Shown: positions 35,549 to 55,728 of the stretch, piece by piece
Numbering within the stretch: the first letter of the stretch is position 1
Layout of the letters: each line of letters begins with the position of its first letter
Source of the DNA: Schmidtea polychroa
Lineage: Eukaryota
Reading direction: 5' to 3'
NCBI GenBank assembly: GCA_044892525.1
Contig: CM097885.1
Location: 43,216,001 to 43,280,000 of the forward strand
DNA length: 64,000 bases
Made by a program: the position numbers and the translations under genes
Notes under the pieces: generated by a model
What the model was told of the DNA's origin: nothing
Seen by the model: only the letters and a program-made list of their open reading frames with translations
The model's database searches: none

Positions 35549-38500
35549 TTATTATTATTATTAGTGAAAAAACCTTAAATAATTTTTACATACTAAGTTA
35601 TGAGGTAGAGTATTATTATGTTTGCAGTATTCTGTGTTTGCCTTTACAGGAAGTTGTCAATAAGGAGCGATAATTTTACATACATTCTATATACACATAC
35701 CTTGTTTAACATTGGTGTATATACTCCTAGTCTATCCGACAAAATATTCTGTCCCCCTATGGGTATTGCTCATATGGGTACTACTCACACTCAACATGTC
35801 GCAAAGGTTTTCGAGCTTAAAGCATATTATGGTTTATTAAGGTTAGTAAATAAAACTTATCACAAACACTATTTAAATGATAAAAATCAAGACAAGAGAG
35901 GACAAGGCAAAGTTTATGCATTTAGTATTGCCAGGCCTAATGAGCAGTGACCAAATATCTGTGCCTGAAAGACACGGTGGATATTTGTTCGCGTCCACAA
36001 GGGTCGTCTGTGCCTCCCCCAAGTGGGGTCAGAAGAACCTGGACATTATAGCTTTCCGTACGGAACATTACGCCTAGCATGGGTAGTCAACTACCAGCAC
36101 ATTCGAAACGTATAATTTCAAAATACATGCGTCATTGGCACTATAACCAAATTAATTAATGTTTTCACTAACACAAATATATATTTACAGAGGCCTCCCA
36201 CTAGTTGGATTACAACCGCCCACCACGACGATCAGCTTGTAAATATATATATATTAATTAAGGGATAAAGAGGACCCACCCAACCCTATTATATTTAATT
36301 TACAAATTTTTCTCGCTCTTCTGCTGGTAATCTATCTCAAAATTATCATCTCCATCGGGCCATTTGGAATACATCTTGCAAATTGGACGTATTTCTTAGT
36401 TTCTGATGCGCGTCAACTATCATTGCTAAACTTTATATTGATTTAAAAGCAATTAACTTACATTATCTAGCATTTTATCGTCACAGGCTTGATAAATTAG
36501 GCAACTGTTATTTGTGGTATACTTTTTCAATGTCATTTCCCACCATAAAACACAGATACCTAAATATAATATATATATTTTAAAGAATTAATTCATATCT
36601 TACATTAATAATAATATTCTTCAGGTATGACGAGTACTTTACTTAATTGCTAAAACATCGGTTTTTCCCATTTTTCTTGACATTCGTTGAAAGTTTACAT
36701 AATTTAAGTCTGATAATTCATGTTGAAGGACACCCACAATCAGCTAATTCATTTAAGAAATCCAGAACATAGCAATGTTTCACCATTTTGTCTGGTTCAT
36801 TTTCTTCTATAATTCATGTTTTAATAAGAAATTTCTAAATCCAGAACATAAGTCATTTAGTGTTTCACCATTTTATCTGGTTCATCTTCTTCATAATTAT
36901 ATAATTCATTTTCTTCATTACTAAGTAAAATAATTAAAATATTGTAGTAAATTCTTTATTTACTTACTTTATGGATACTAAAACGAAAGAAATAAAGTTA
37001 TATCAAAAGTATATTTAAATAATTTAAATTTAAATAATTTAAATTTAGTTATTTAAAAATATTTAAACAATTTAGTTATTTAAGCATATTTAAACATTAA
37101 CATTATAATATAGTATAATTTTATGTATTCTAAATTTATTAATAAATATAGTATAATTTTATATAATTTTATGTACACTTATATATCCTTCATTTAATTT
37201 TTTAAATTCAAATATTTATAATGAAGATTCTTTGAATTAAAAAAAAAATATTCTGTTAGTATTTCCAGGCAGAAAACAACGAATTCAATAATTAAAATCT
37301 TAATTTTCATGTTGTTATGGTTGTGGCCAGAATTTAATCGCCATCTAATCGTTTGTTCTCAATTTCGCTCATTTTTGTTCAAAACATTCAGGTGAGTTGT
37401 TATCTGGAAAGTTTCTTTTAACTCAGCTTTGTTAAAACACTCACGGTATTCTTGAAAGATGTGACACTGGAAATAAATTAACAATGGGTGGTCATCCATA
37501 CATGTTGTTGGTCTGAGCTGTCGATTTATTTTAGAAATAGGTATATTAAAAACATTTAAGTTATCATTCAGTAAAATAATATAATATTTTTGAGTATGTT
37601 TTAGTTAATTTATAAATAACAGTATTTTGATATATCAATAAAGACCATATACTCCTAGTTTATCCGACAAAATATTCTGTCTCCCTATGGGTATTGCTAG
37701 CAAGGGTACTGATCACATTCAACATGTCGCAAGGGTATATTAATCATTTAGAAATTCTTAGGTAATTTAGTGAGATGATCGTGAATATTTTAAATGTAAC
37801 TTTACACTTATGTCGAGCGACTAATTTATTGGTTAACTTTGTAGTCATTTAAAGCAAAAATTAATTTATTCATCTAATGTTCGTTACAATAGTTAATAAT
37901 ATGAGAAAAACATGATCATTATTCATTGATAATTTTAAATTCTTTATCATTTGGAGTAAATTTGTTTGAGGCAAAAATAATTAAAGGAGTCATAATAGAA
38001 ATATGGTTATCATTTATCCAATTAAGGGGCTTATTAGTTAGAAATATATATTCATATAGGGTTACAATTATTTTCTAATTTAATTAGATGATCATTAGAC
38101 GTAATATATCTTTGCGAGAAATTTAAGATGTTTGAGTAACCAAAACATGGATATTTTGTACGATAAATTTATGAATATTGGTTAATTTTGTTATTTTTAG
38201 TCATTTAAAATAATATTTAGCAAAGGTAATTTAGCAAAATATCATTTATCCACCCGATAACAATATTCCTTCAATAGATATTCAACCTATTTAATTTCTA
38301 ATTAAAATCATAAATTTCCTTCAATAAAGTTAAATTTTCTTCAGTTGACGATTTCCAACTTTTAAGTCAATATTTCTCAAGTTTTGTCACCGATATCCCC
38401 ACAATGAATATCCGCCTATAACATGTTAAATAAAGGTAAATAATTTAAAGCAATAACCTTTGATATCATTCTCAATTAATTCTAAAGATTTCAGATATTT

Positions 38501-38845
38501 CATTGTCAAAACCAAGTAAATAAACACCTAATTGATCATTAACCCTAAACGACTTAATAAAACCGTGGATAATTAATAGATAATTAATAAAAACTTGTTC
38601 TAAAACATAAATCTAAATTACTGTGCAATAACATTCATCACGACCTAATAAACCTCTAAAACGATATAAGTTCACTGGAATTATTATTAATTCATAGCTA
38701 AATACTGACTATTTCCTTTGAAAATTTGATATTTTACCAATAAGAACATTGTCGATTTAAATAGAGATTTCAAAACATGTCCACCTTAACCGATCCCTCA
38801 CCAAATATTTCTAGCATTTTAAAAACCCCCTTAAAAATCATATAT

Positions 38846-44325
<5,480 letters not shown>

Positions 44326-45461
44326 ACCGAACCTTCACTAAATCCAACCGACTTTAATATATCAATTCTCTTAAAATCCATGGGAAATCCTTCAAAATAT
44401 GAATTTTATTTAATTGTTAAAAACATTCTTCCATTGAAATAATTTAGTAGCTAAATTCAAAGAGTCCACTAAAAGATCAAAATAAATATTTAACCACATG
44501 TATCATGAAATACCTAACTAGAGATGATAATATCTCATTGATTGATCATAATTCTTCATCGATTCAACTAATTATAACCATTACAACATGATATATCTTT
44601 CAAACTAAATTTCAGTATATTTTACAATAATTTTCAAGTAGATTTCAAATATATCATCATCATGAAAAAATTAGCTGGTTTCAACTTTAGATTTTCAATA
44701 TTTTAAAGTTCATCAATGTGTAAATATTCTTAGAAAAATATATGAAAAATTATTTAGTCAAATTATCATTACAAAGTCATCATCAAAATTAATTTTTATT
44801 TAAAATTTAAAAACAAGTCAATAAAATATAGCAAATTATCAAGAAATTAATTAAATTTATCTTAGAATTAACACTAAACCTTAAATATTCTTTCAATTAA
44901 CATGAAATTCACAAAAAATGTTAGTAAAATCCCGCTAAATCTAAAAAATTACCAATGAATTTAATGCCAAATAATGACCAAATATTTGCCTAAATAAAAT
45001 CATTAAAACACAACAGTACCTTTACGACCAGTACCTTTACGAGCAGTACCAATTGTGAACAGTACCCATAGAGGGAGAAAATATCTTGTCGGATAAACTC
45101 AGAGTATATATAATAAAACGAATTAACAATAACTCCATCAAATTGAATCAGTCAAATTAACACAAATTTTAATAAAAAATCTTATTCTAAAATGGTAAGA
45201 AGCGTAAAGTCGAAAGATAATTTTAATAACACCGAGATAAATTAACAATATTATTCTCAGGTGGTAAGAATCATCATTATTCTATGATTAATTAATAATG
45301 AAATTCAAAAAAGTGAAAATAAGTGTTTGAATTATTCATTAATGGTAAGTAAATGTAAATATAGCGACAAGTGGCATAGATAAGATGGAAATTTATTAAT
45401 TGCATTTATTTAAAATTATTTCATGAAATTCATAAAATTTATAAAAATGATCACTTTAATA

Positions 45462-45674
45462 CAGTGGTTCTCAAACATTTTTGATCACGACCCAAATTTT
45501 TGACATTTCATGCCAAAAATTTTATTGCGACCCACATGACAAAGATTAAATAAATTTAAAAGGCTTAAACTTCCAAAATTTATATTTGTAGATCTTTCCA
45601 TAAGTCATCGCGACCCACCAAAAATTCTTTCGCGACCCAAAAATGGGTCGCGACCCATAGTTTGAGAAACACTG
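45462..45674. mobile_element. hAT-type MITE, 213 bp
   Basis: TIRs CAGTGGTTCTCAAAC / GTTTGAGAAACACTG; 8-bp TSD CTTTAATA at 45454-45461 and 45675-45682. Confidence 0.92.
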
Positions 45675-48600
45675 CTTTAATAAAAAATATTTAATAAAAT
45701 TTTCAAAGAAATATTTGTTGGTAGGATTATTGGAAAATCGGGGGCTATAAGTGATGAAGATATATAAAATTATTTCTAATATATGAGTTACTAACGAATT
45801 AAAATATTTTAATAATGGGATAAAGTATTTAATCCACAAATGAAAACATACATAACAAATGTTATTTGACTGAGCAATTATGATAAATTCATATTTTAAA
45901 TTTGATTAACTCCTTTAATATTGAAATAATAATTATTATATTTACTATTTTACACTAAATATTTCAAAAACAAATATTCTAATAGATAATTTAAGAAACA
46001 TTACTCTTTTCACTCAAAATGATCTCTCAAAGTTATGAAGGAAATAAAGTGTGTCAGAACACATCCAGCATTCACTTTACATAAATATATGAAAACACCA
46101 AGTAATCAATGATAATAGAGGGATAATAGACTCAAAAATAAAATATTCTTACCACCTAAGAATAATATTGTTAATTTTATCTCTGTGTTATCAAAATTAT
46201 CTTTCGATTTTATGCTGCTTACCATTTTAGAATAAGATTTTTTATTAAAATTTGTGATAATTTGACTGATTCAATTTGATGGAGTTATTGTTAATTCGTT
46301 TTATTATATATACTCTGAGTTTATCCGACAAGATATTTTCTCCCTCTATGAGTACTGTTCACAATTGGTACTGTTCGTAAGGGTACTGGTCGTAAAGATA
46401 CTGTTGTGTTTTAATGATTTTATTTAGGCAAATATTTGGTTATTATTTGGCATTAAATTCATTGGTAATTTTTTAGAGTTAGCGGGATTTTACTAACATT
46501 TTTTGTGAATTTCATGTTAATTAAAAGAATATTTAAGGTTTTGGTGTTAATTCTAAGATAAATTTAGTTAATTTCTTGATAATTTGCTATATTTTATTAA
46601 TTTTGATGATGATGATGATGATGACTTTGTAATGATAATTTGACTAAATAATTTTTCATATATTTTTCTAAGAATATTTACACATTGATGAACTTTAAAA
46701 TATTGAAAATCTAAAGTTGAAACCAGCTAATTTTTTCATGATGATGATATATTTGAAATCTACTTGAAAATTATTGTAAAATATACTGAAATTTAGTTTG
46801 AAAGATATATCATGTTGTAATGGTTATAATTAGTTGAATCGATGAAGAATTATGATCAATCAATGAGATATTATCATCTCTAGTTAGGTATTTCATGATA
46901 CATGTGGTTAAATATTTATTTTGATCTTTTAGTGGACTCTTTGAATTTAGCTACTAAATTATTTCAATGGAAAAATGTCTGTAACAATTAAATAAAATTC
47001 ATATTTTGAAGAATTTTCTATAGATTTTAAGATATATTAAAGGGCTCAAGTGGGTGAAATTATATTCGGTTGGATTTAGTGAGGGTTCGGTTAAGTTGGG
47101 AATATATAGTATTTAAAGGGGGATATAGTATATTGAATGTTTAAAGGGGTAGAAATATTTGGTAAGGGATCGGTTAGGGTGGAAATGTTTTGAATATTTA
47201 AATGGGTGATGTTCTTATTGGAAATGTTTCAAGGGAAATAGTCTATTAATTATCCAGGATTTTATTAAAGTGTTCAGGATTAATGACTAATTTACTTGGT
47301 TTTGATAATGAAATATTTGAAATCTTTAGAGATAATTGATATTAAAGGTTATTGCTTTAAATTATTTTATTTAACATGTTAAAGACGGACATTCATTATG
47401 AAGATAACGGTAACAAAAATATTGACTTAAAAGAGTTGGACAACTAAAGAAAATTTAACTTTATTGAAGGAAATTTATGATTTTAATTAGAAATTAAATA
47501 GGTTGAATATCTATTGAAGGAATATTGTTATCGGGTGGATAAATGATATTTTGCTAAATTACCTTTGCTAAATATTATTTTAAATGACTAAAAATAACAA
47601 AATTAACCAATATTCATAAATTTATCGTACAAAATATCCATGTTTTGTTTACTCAAACATCTTAAATTTCTCGCAAAGATATATTACGTCTAATGATCAT
47701 CTAATTAAATTAGAAAATAATTGTAACCCTATATGAATATATATTTCTAACTAATAAGCCCCTTAATTGGATAAATGATAACCATATTTCTATTATGACT
47801 CCTTTAATTATTTTTGCCTCAAACAAATTTACTCCAAATGATAAAGAATTTAAAATTATCAATGAATAATGATCATGTTTTTCTCATATTATTAACTATT
47901 GTAACGAACATTAGATGAATAAATTACCTTTTGCTTTAAATGACTACAAAGTTAACCAATAAATTAGTCGCTCGACATAAGTGTAAAGTTACATTTAAAA
48001 TATTCACGATCATCTCACTAAATTACCTAAGAATTTCTAAATGATTAATATACCCTTGCGACATGTTGAATGTGATCAGTACCCTTGCTAGCAATACCCA
48101 TAGGGAGACAGAATATTTTGTCGGATAAACTAGGAGTATATGGTCTTTATTGATATATCAAAATACTGTTATTTATAAATTAACTAAAACATACTCAAAA
48201 ATATTATATTATTTTACTGAATGATAACTTAAATGTTTTTAATATACCTATTTCTAAAATAAATCAACAGTTCAAACCAACAACATGTATGGATGATCAC
48301 CCATTGTTAATTTATTTCCAGTGTCACGTCCCTCAAAAATACCGTGAGTGTTTTAACAAAACTGAGCTCAAAGAAACTTTCCAGATAACAACTCACCTGA
48401 ATGTTTTGAACAAAAATGAGCGAAATTGAGAACAAACGATTAGATGGCGATTAACTTCTGGCCACAACCCTAACATGAAAATTAAGATTTTAATTATTGA
48501 ATTCGTTGTTTTCTGCCTGGAAATACTAACAGAATATTTTTAATTCAAAGAATCTTCATTATAAATATTTGAATTTAAAAAATTAAATGAAGGATATATA

Positions 48601-49569
48601 AGTGTACATAAAATTATATAAAATTATACTATATTTATTAATAAATTTAGAATACATAAAATTATACTATATAATAATGTTAATGTTTAAATATGCTTAA
48701 ATAACTAAATTGTTTAAATATTTTTAAATAACTAAATTTAAATTATTTAAATTTAAATTATTTAAATATACTTTTCAAATAACTTTATTTCTTTCGTTTT
48801 AGTATCCATAAAGTAAGTAAATAAAGAATTTACTACAATATTTTAATTGTTTAATTATTTAAATTTAAAATTTTAATTTAAATTATTTAAATATACTTTT
48901 CAAATAACTTTATTTCTTTCGTTTTAGTATCCATAAGTAAGTAAATAAAGAATTTACTACAATATTTTAATTGTTTTCCTTAGTAATGAAGAAAATGAAT
49001 TATATAATTATGAAGAAGATGAACCAAACTAAATGGTGAAACACTAAAAGACTTATGTTCGGGATTTCTTAAATGAATTAGCTGATTGTGGGTGTCCTTC
49101 AACATGAATGTTTACTTAAATTATGTAAACTTTCAACGAATGTCAAGAAAAATGGGAAAAATCGATGTTTTAGCAATTAAGTAATGTACTCGTCATACCT
49201 GAAGAATATTATTATTAATGTAAGACATGAATTAATTCTTTAAAATATATATATTATATTTAGGTATCTGTGTTTTATGGTGGGAAATTATATTGATAAA
49301 ATATACCACAATTAACAGTTGTCTAATCTATCAAGCATGTGACGATAAAATGTTAGATAACATCTGTAAGTTAATTGCTTTTAAATCAATATAAAGTTTA
49401 GCAATGATAGTTGACGCAGCAACAGAAACTAAGAAATACGTCCAATTTGCAAGATGTATTCGAAATGGCCCGATGGAGATGATAATTTTGAGATAGATTA
49501 CCAGCAGAAGAGCGAGAAAAATTTGTAAATTAAATATAATAGGGTTGGGTGGGTCCTCTTTATCCCTTA

Positions 49570-49670
<101 letters not shown>

Positions 49671-50621
49671 CAAGCTGATCGTCGTGGTGGGCGGTTGTAT
49701 TCCAACTAGTGGGAGGCCTCTGTAAATATATATTTGTGTTAGTGAAAACATTAATTAATTTGGTTATAGTGCCAATGACGCATGTATTTTGAAATTATAC
49801 GTTTCGAATGTGCTGGTAGTTGACTACCCATGCTAGGCGTAATGTTCCGTACGGAAAGCTATAATGTCCAGGTTCTTCTGACCCCACTTGGGGAAGGCAC
49901 AGACGACCCTTGTGGACGCGAACAAATATCCACCGTGTCTTTCAGGCACAGATATTTGGTCACTGCTCATTAGACCTGGCAATACTAAATGCATAAACTT
50001 TGCCTTGTCCTCTCTTGTCTTGATTTTTATCGTTTAAATAGTGTGTGTGATAAGTTTTATTTACTAACCTTAATAAACCATAATATGCTTTAAGCTCGAA
50101 AACCTTTGCGACATGTTGAGTGTGAGTAGTACCCATATGAGCAATACCCATAGGGGGACAGAATATTTTGTCGGATAGACTAGGAGTATATACACCAATG
50201 TTAAACAAGGTATGTGTATATAGAATGTGTGTGTAAAATTATCGCTCCTTATTGACAACTTCCTGTAAAGGCAAACACAGAATACTGCAAACATAATAAT
50301 ACTCTACCCCATAACTTAGTATGTAAAAATTATTTAAGGTTTTTTCACTAATAATAATAATAATTATAATAATAATAATAATAATAAAGTTTAATGGGTT
50401 GTATATGTGTGTAAAAAATATTTGAGGTTTTCACTAATATTGATAATAATAATGGTTTATGAGTGTTTTTATGTTTTTGACTAATATTTACAATAATAAT
50501 AATGGTTAATGGGTTGTGTGTGTGTGTGTGTGTAGAAAATATTTTAGGTTTTCACTAATATTGATAATAATAATTGTTAATGGGTTGTGTGTGTGTTTTT
50601 ATGTTTTTGACTAATATTTGC

Positions 50622-50678
<57 letters not shown>

Positions 50679-50793
50679 GTTTAATGGGTTGTATATGTGT
50701 GTAGAAGATATTTTAGGTTTTCACTAATATTGATACAAATAATTGTTAATGGGTCGTGTGTGTGTGTGTGTAAACCATATTCTAGATTTTTTG

Positions 50794-50859
<66 letters not shown>

Positions 50860-51218
50860 TGAAATTGTATTTGAAAATAATTTGCGACATGTTGATTGTG
50901 AGCAGTACCTTTGTGACCATTACCCTAAGGGGGACAGAATATCTTGTCGGATAGACTAGGAGTACATATAATAATAATCATAATAATAATATTAATAATA
51001 ATAATAATAATATTGATTAAAACTTTGAAAATAATTCTTTGAAAATAATACTTTGAACAATATTTGATGTAAAAGTTCCTGAAATAATCATGAAAATGTT
51101 GAAAATCGTGAAAATGTAGAAAATTATGAAAATATTGATAATTATTAAAAAATGCAAATGATGAAAATGTTGAAAATCATGAAATTGATGTAGAAATTAA
51201 GTTTTATGAATAATTGCA

Positions 51219-51266
<48 letters not shown>

Positions 51267-52565
51267 TTTGAAAATAACATCTTCCACACGGGCGTTAATA
51301 TTTTAAAAGAAAATATTGAAAATTAAAAAATAATAATATGTAATCAACGATTTAAACAAATTATATTATTACGTATTCGATAATTAAAACAAAAAATTAT
51401 ATAATCAATGATTTAAACAAATTATATAATCAACGATTTAAACAAAATTAAATTATTATGTAATCGATAATTAAAACAAAATTATTAGTTCTAAAAATAT
51501 TAGGCATCATTCTAAAATTATTAGGCATCGTTCTAAAAATATGACGTAATCATTCTAAAAATATTAGGCATCATTCTAAAATATTAGACATCGTTCTAAA
51601 ATTATGACGTAATCATTCTAAAAATATTAGGCATCGTTCTAAAAATATTAGACATCGTTCTAAAATTATGACGTAATCATTATAAAATTAAGAGGCACCA
51701 TTCTAAAAATAAGAGGCGCCATTCTAAAAATATTAGGCATCGTTCTAAAAATATTAGGCATCGATTTAAAAATATGACGTAATCATTCTAAAAATAAGAG
51801 GCACCATTCTAAAAATATTAGGCATCGTTCTAAAAATATTAGGCATTGTTCTAAAATTATGACGTAATCATTCTAAAAATATTAGGCATCATTCTAAAAA
51901 TATTAGGCATCGTTCTAAAAATATTAGGCATCGATTTAAAAATATGATGAGTCATTGTCTTTGTTCTAAAAATGTGATGAGTCATCGTATGATAAAAATC
52001 TATATCTCATTAGAAAGTTCTTGCACAGAGCTTTAAAATAAGCTATCGATCAATATAATATGTTGGCGGGAACATTAATCTTTGGGATGAAAAAAAGTGT
52101 GAGCCCGCTGGGCCAATTAATAATATTTTGACAAATAATAATAATTTAACTTTGAAAAGATGGTGGTCATTAAATGTTAATAACATTAAAACTATTAAAG
52201 ATATATAAAATACCTATAGCACATCTTAAAGGTCCTGCATTGGGCTTTAAGATGAGGTATCGTCCAATAAAATCTGATGGCGGGAACATTAACTTTTGGG
52301 ATGAAAAAAAGTGTGAGCCCGCTGGGCCACTGATAATATGGCATCGTTCTAAAAATATATGGCATCGATTACGTAATAGTTCTAAAAATATGTGGCATCG
52401 TTCTAAAAGTATGTGGCATCGATTATGTAATAGTTCTAAAGATATTATGCGTCGATTACGTAATAGTTCTAAAAATATGTGGCATCGTTCTAAAAAAATT
52501 TTTTTCCGGGGGGGGTATATGTGGCCGGGGGAGCTCCTGACCGGGGGAGCCTCAATCCTACTACT

Positions 52566-54193
52566 TTCATATTCTCAAAAGCCTGCTCACAATTTTCATT
52601 CCATATTATTTTGTCGCTATTTTTACCACATATACTCTCTAAAGCCTTGCCTTCTTTGCGTATTCTTTAATAAATTTTCGATAATAGTTGCAAATACCCA
52701 AGAAACTCCTTAAATTTTTCACACATTTCGGCCTTTGAAATGATTGAATAGTTTCAATTTTGCTCTGATCCGTTTGGATGCCGTCTCTATTTATAATATG
52801 GCCTAAGAATTTCACTTCGCTCTTCAGTATTTGACATTTTTCAGGATTAATTCTTAGTTTAGCTTCTGCGATTTTCTGCAATACTCTTTCCAGCAGTTTA
52901 TAGTGTTCTTCCATTGTGTTAGTAAAAATTAATATATCGTCCAGATAAACCATTACCCTTCCATAAATCCTTTAATATCTTCGTCATGAGCTCTTGAAAA
53001 ATTCCTGGTGCCGCCGCAATGCCAAACGGCATTCAGTTGAAACAGAATTGCCCCTCTTTCGTTGAAAAAGCTGTTTTCTCCTGTGAATCTCTATCCAACT
53101 TCACCTGATAGTATGCGTTTCCAAGGTCAATAGAACTAAAATATCTAGTACCATGCAAAGCATCTAAAATCTCGTCAACGTTAGGCATCGGGAACGCTTG
53201 TTTTTCAGTAATTTTGTTAATTTGTCTAAAGTCCAAACATAGTCTGATATCCTTCTTTTCCTTTTTCCAAACGCACACTAAAGGGGTATTCCAAGGTGAG
53301 TTACACTTCCTTATCATATTATTATCCTCCAGATTTTTAATGGCCATATTTGTTTTCTCTTCCAAGTTTATAGGCTGTCTTCTGGGCTTTATCATTATTG
53401 GTCCGCCATTTGTTTCAATTTTATGTTGAATTAAGTCAGTGCATCCAAAATCCCACTTGTCAGCCATGAAAACACATTTATTTCTCTTGATAATTTCTAC
53501 AAGCAATTTATCTTCTTTTACTTTCAACTTCTCTATCGCATGTTGGAATCTTTCTTCATTTGTAATATTCCTCCCAAATTTAGCATCAATTTCACATATA
53601 CGTTCGTTAGATATCATTTCACCTTCTTGAATCCATCTTAATTCAATACCGAATTGTTTCTGTAATTCTATACCTCCAATAACATCTGGGACAATGTTTT
53701 GTACGACGGTAAAGGTCACTATTTTTGTTAGCTTCCCTATCTTTACCTCAATTTGAACTTTTCCTATAGTCTCCAATTTACTGTCATTTGCACACTTTAG
53801 CATTTCATCTGTTTTTATTATCTCGACTTTGTCCAATTTATCCAGTACTGCTTTAGACATTACATTAACTCGTGCTCCTGTATCTAACAGCCACTCGATT
53901 CCGCGACCCTGAATTTCAAGTATTATACTTGGTCTACCTTGCATTTTATGATAAGTCATACGAGGTCCTTTCCATTCGTCTTTCGTAAATATATTTTGTT
54001 CCACTTTGTTCTTTATACTATTGGAAATTTCATTAATCCACCCAATCTTATCTTCATTCATATCAAATGACTTTTTTAGGAAACTATATACTTTTTCTCC
54101 TGTTCTTTCATCGCTACACATTATTTTGCTGTTTTCATTTCTATGATCTATACTGCTACTTTTATAAACATTAAAATTAGTTTTATCATCCAT
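52566..54193 (-). pseudogene. pol: Old Gypsy pol: protease and RT, frameshifted
   Basis: LLDTGA protease motif, RLCLDFRQIN, IDLGNAYYQV, KTAF, VYLDD and LRSFLGICNYYRKFI, spread over several frames. Confidence 0.93.
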
Positions 54194-54335
54194 ATTATTA
54201 CATAAATCTTTACTAAAAAATTAAAATTATCTACACTATTCAAATTATTTACATTATAAAAATTATTTACATTATTATAACCAGCATTTTCATCAAAATC
54301 AAAATTACCTAATAAATGGCTCCTATCATCGCCTC

Positions 54336-55401
54336 CTATGATGGAGCTTCCTCGTTTGGGTATTGCATTTCGTCGTCTTTCTCTTCGGCTTCACTTGAAT
54401 AATTCAGTTGATAGTTTGCATCTTGATTTCCAATTGCTGCTACCTCTCTTCTGTTATACTGATTGTTCTGTTGAAGTCGGCCCCCTTTATTTCGGTGTGC
54501 TGCATTATTTCTTCCGTAATGATTCATTTTCGGCTTAAATCTTTCTAGGTTTGTATAGCATTCAGTTTCTTTGTGACCTTGTAGATGACATCTCCTACAC
54601 TGAATGTTTGGACATTCTCGGCGTACGTGTCCATATAATCCACATCCAAAACACTGAATCCTCCTCTTCATAGTAGATTCTCGGCTTAAATGACCTGGTT
54701 TTTGGCATGTCCAGCATACGACGTTCTTAGTCGCTTCCAATGGTTTTGACATCGGCATCGTATTTGTCTGTGTGGGTCTTTGAACGGCATCTCTGTAGGT
54801 TTTGACAGGTTTCATATATGTTATAGGTCGGATGGAGTTAACATGGTTTATAGCTTTATTCACTTTCTCAACTTTTCTAATTGTGCTTTTAATTTCTTCT
54901 GACGTCTTTAGTTCTTGCATTTCTATTTCCTTTTTAACTTTTTTTCTCTCGAGCCCCATTCATAAGCAGGCACTTTTTAATGTCTCCTTCGTTCTACTCA
55001 TGTCGCAGTAATCTTTTGGTTAATTTCTCTACTTTTTCGATAAAGCTGTCTGCTGAATCGGATCCTTGTTCATAATTTAGAGCTTCCTTTAAGTCTTCGA
55101 ATAATGATTTTGGCCTCGAAAATGTTAATCTGAGCTTCTCTTCAAATGTTTTTCCTTCTGCTTTTTCATCGTATAATGGTTTATCCAACAGTGTGGTAAT
55201 CAAAATCATCTGCATCTTGACAGATGTTTTCGTAATATTAAAAATATTTTGGCATTCTTTGATGAATTCTTCCAGGTCGTCGTCTCTGTGGCATCTTTCT
55301 GGTTGCAACCTGCTAATCAATAGGTTTGTTGGCGTGGTCGCCATGTTAGCCGCAACAACGTCGAATTCATTTTCAATCTCCATATTTAATAAATTAACCA
55401 A
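54336..55401 (-). pseudogene. gag: Old Gypsy gag, frameshifted, with CCHC knuckles
   Basis: CWTCQKPGHLSRES, CFGCGLYGHVRREC and CRRCHLQGHKETEC; the upstream 135-aa part is in another frame. Confidence 0.88.
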
Positions 55402-55697
55402 ATAAAATTACTAAATTTATTTTTTTCAAAAAACTGGCCTTGTTTGTAATATTCAAACAATCTGTTCGAGGCTTTTTTATTATTTTTAATTTTGATGCTG
55501 ATTTCAATGCTGGTTTAATTTATTTTAATATTTAATATATTTTAATTTATTTTTATATTTTAAACTTACTTTAATTTATTAATTTAAATATTTATATAAA
55601 AATTTATGTAATCTGATATATACAATTTAAATGTTTATTAGCAATATCCAGTTTTAACTTAAACGTGAATTCTACCCTTTCAATTATAATAATTGTA

Positions 55698-55728
55698 AAC
55701 TCGGGCGAAGTAGGGTACAACAGCTAGT
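55698..55728 (+). mobile_element. Possible Helitron 3' end
   Basis: ACTCGGGCGAAGTAGGGTACAACAGCTAG|T: GC-rich imperfect hairpin then CTAG before T. The hairpin is weak. Confidence 0.3.

Noticed and set aside
55402..55700. 5' LTR or PBS of the old Gypsy
   Set aside because: No PBS or TG...CA boundary recognisable, and the partner LTR would lie outside the window.
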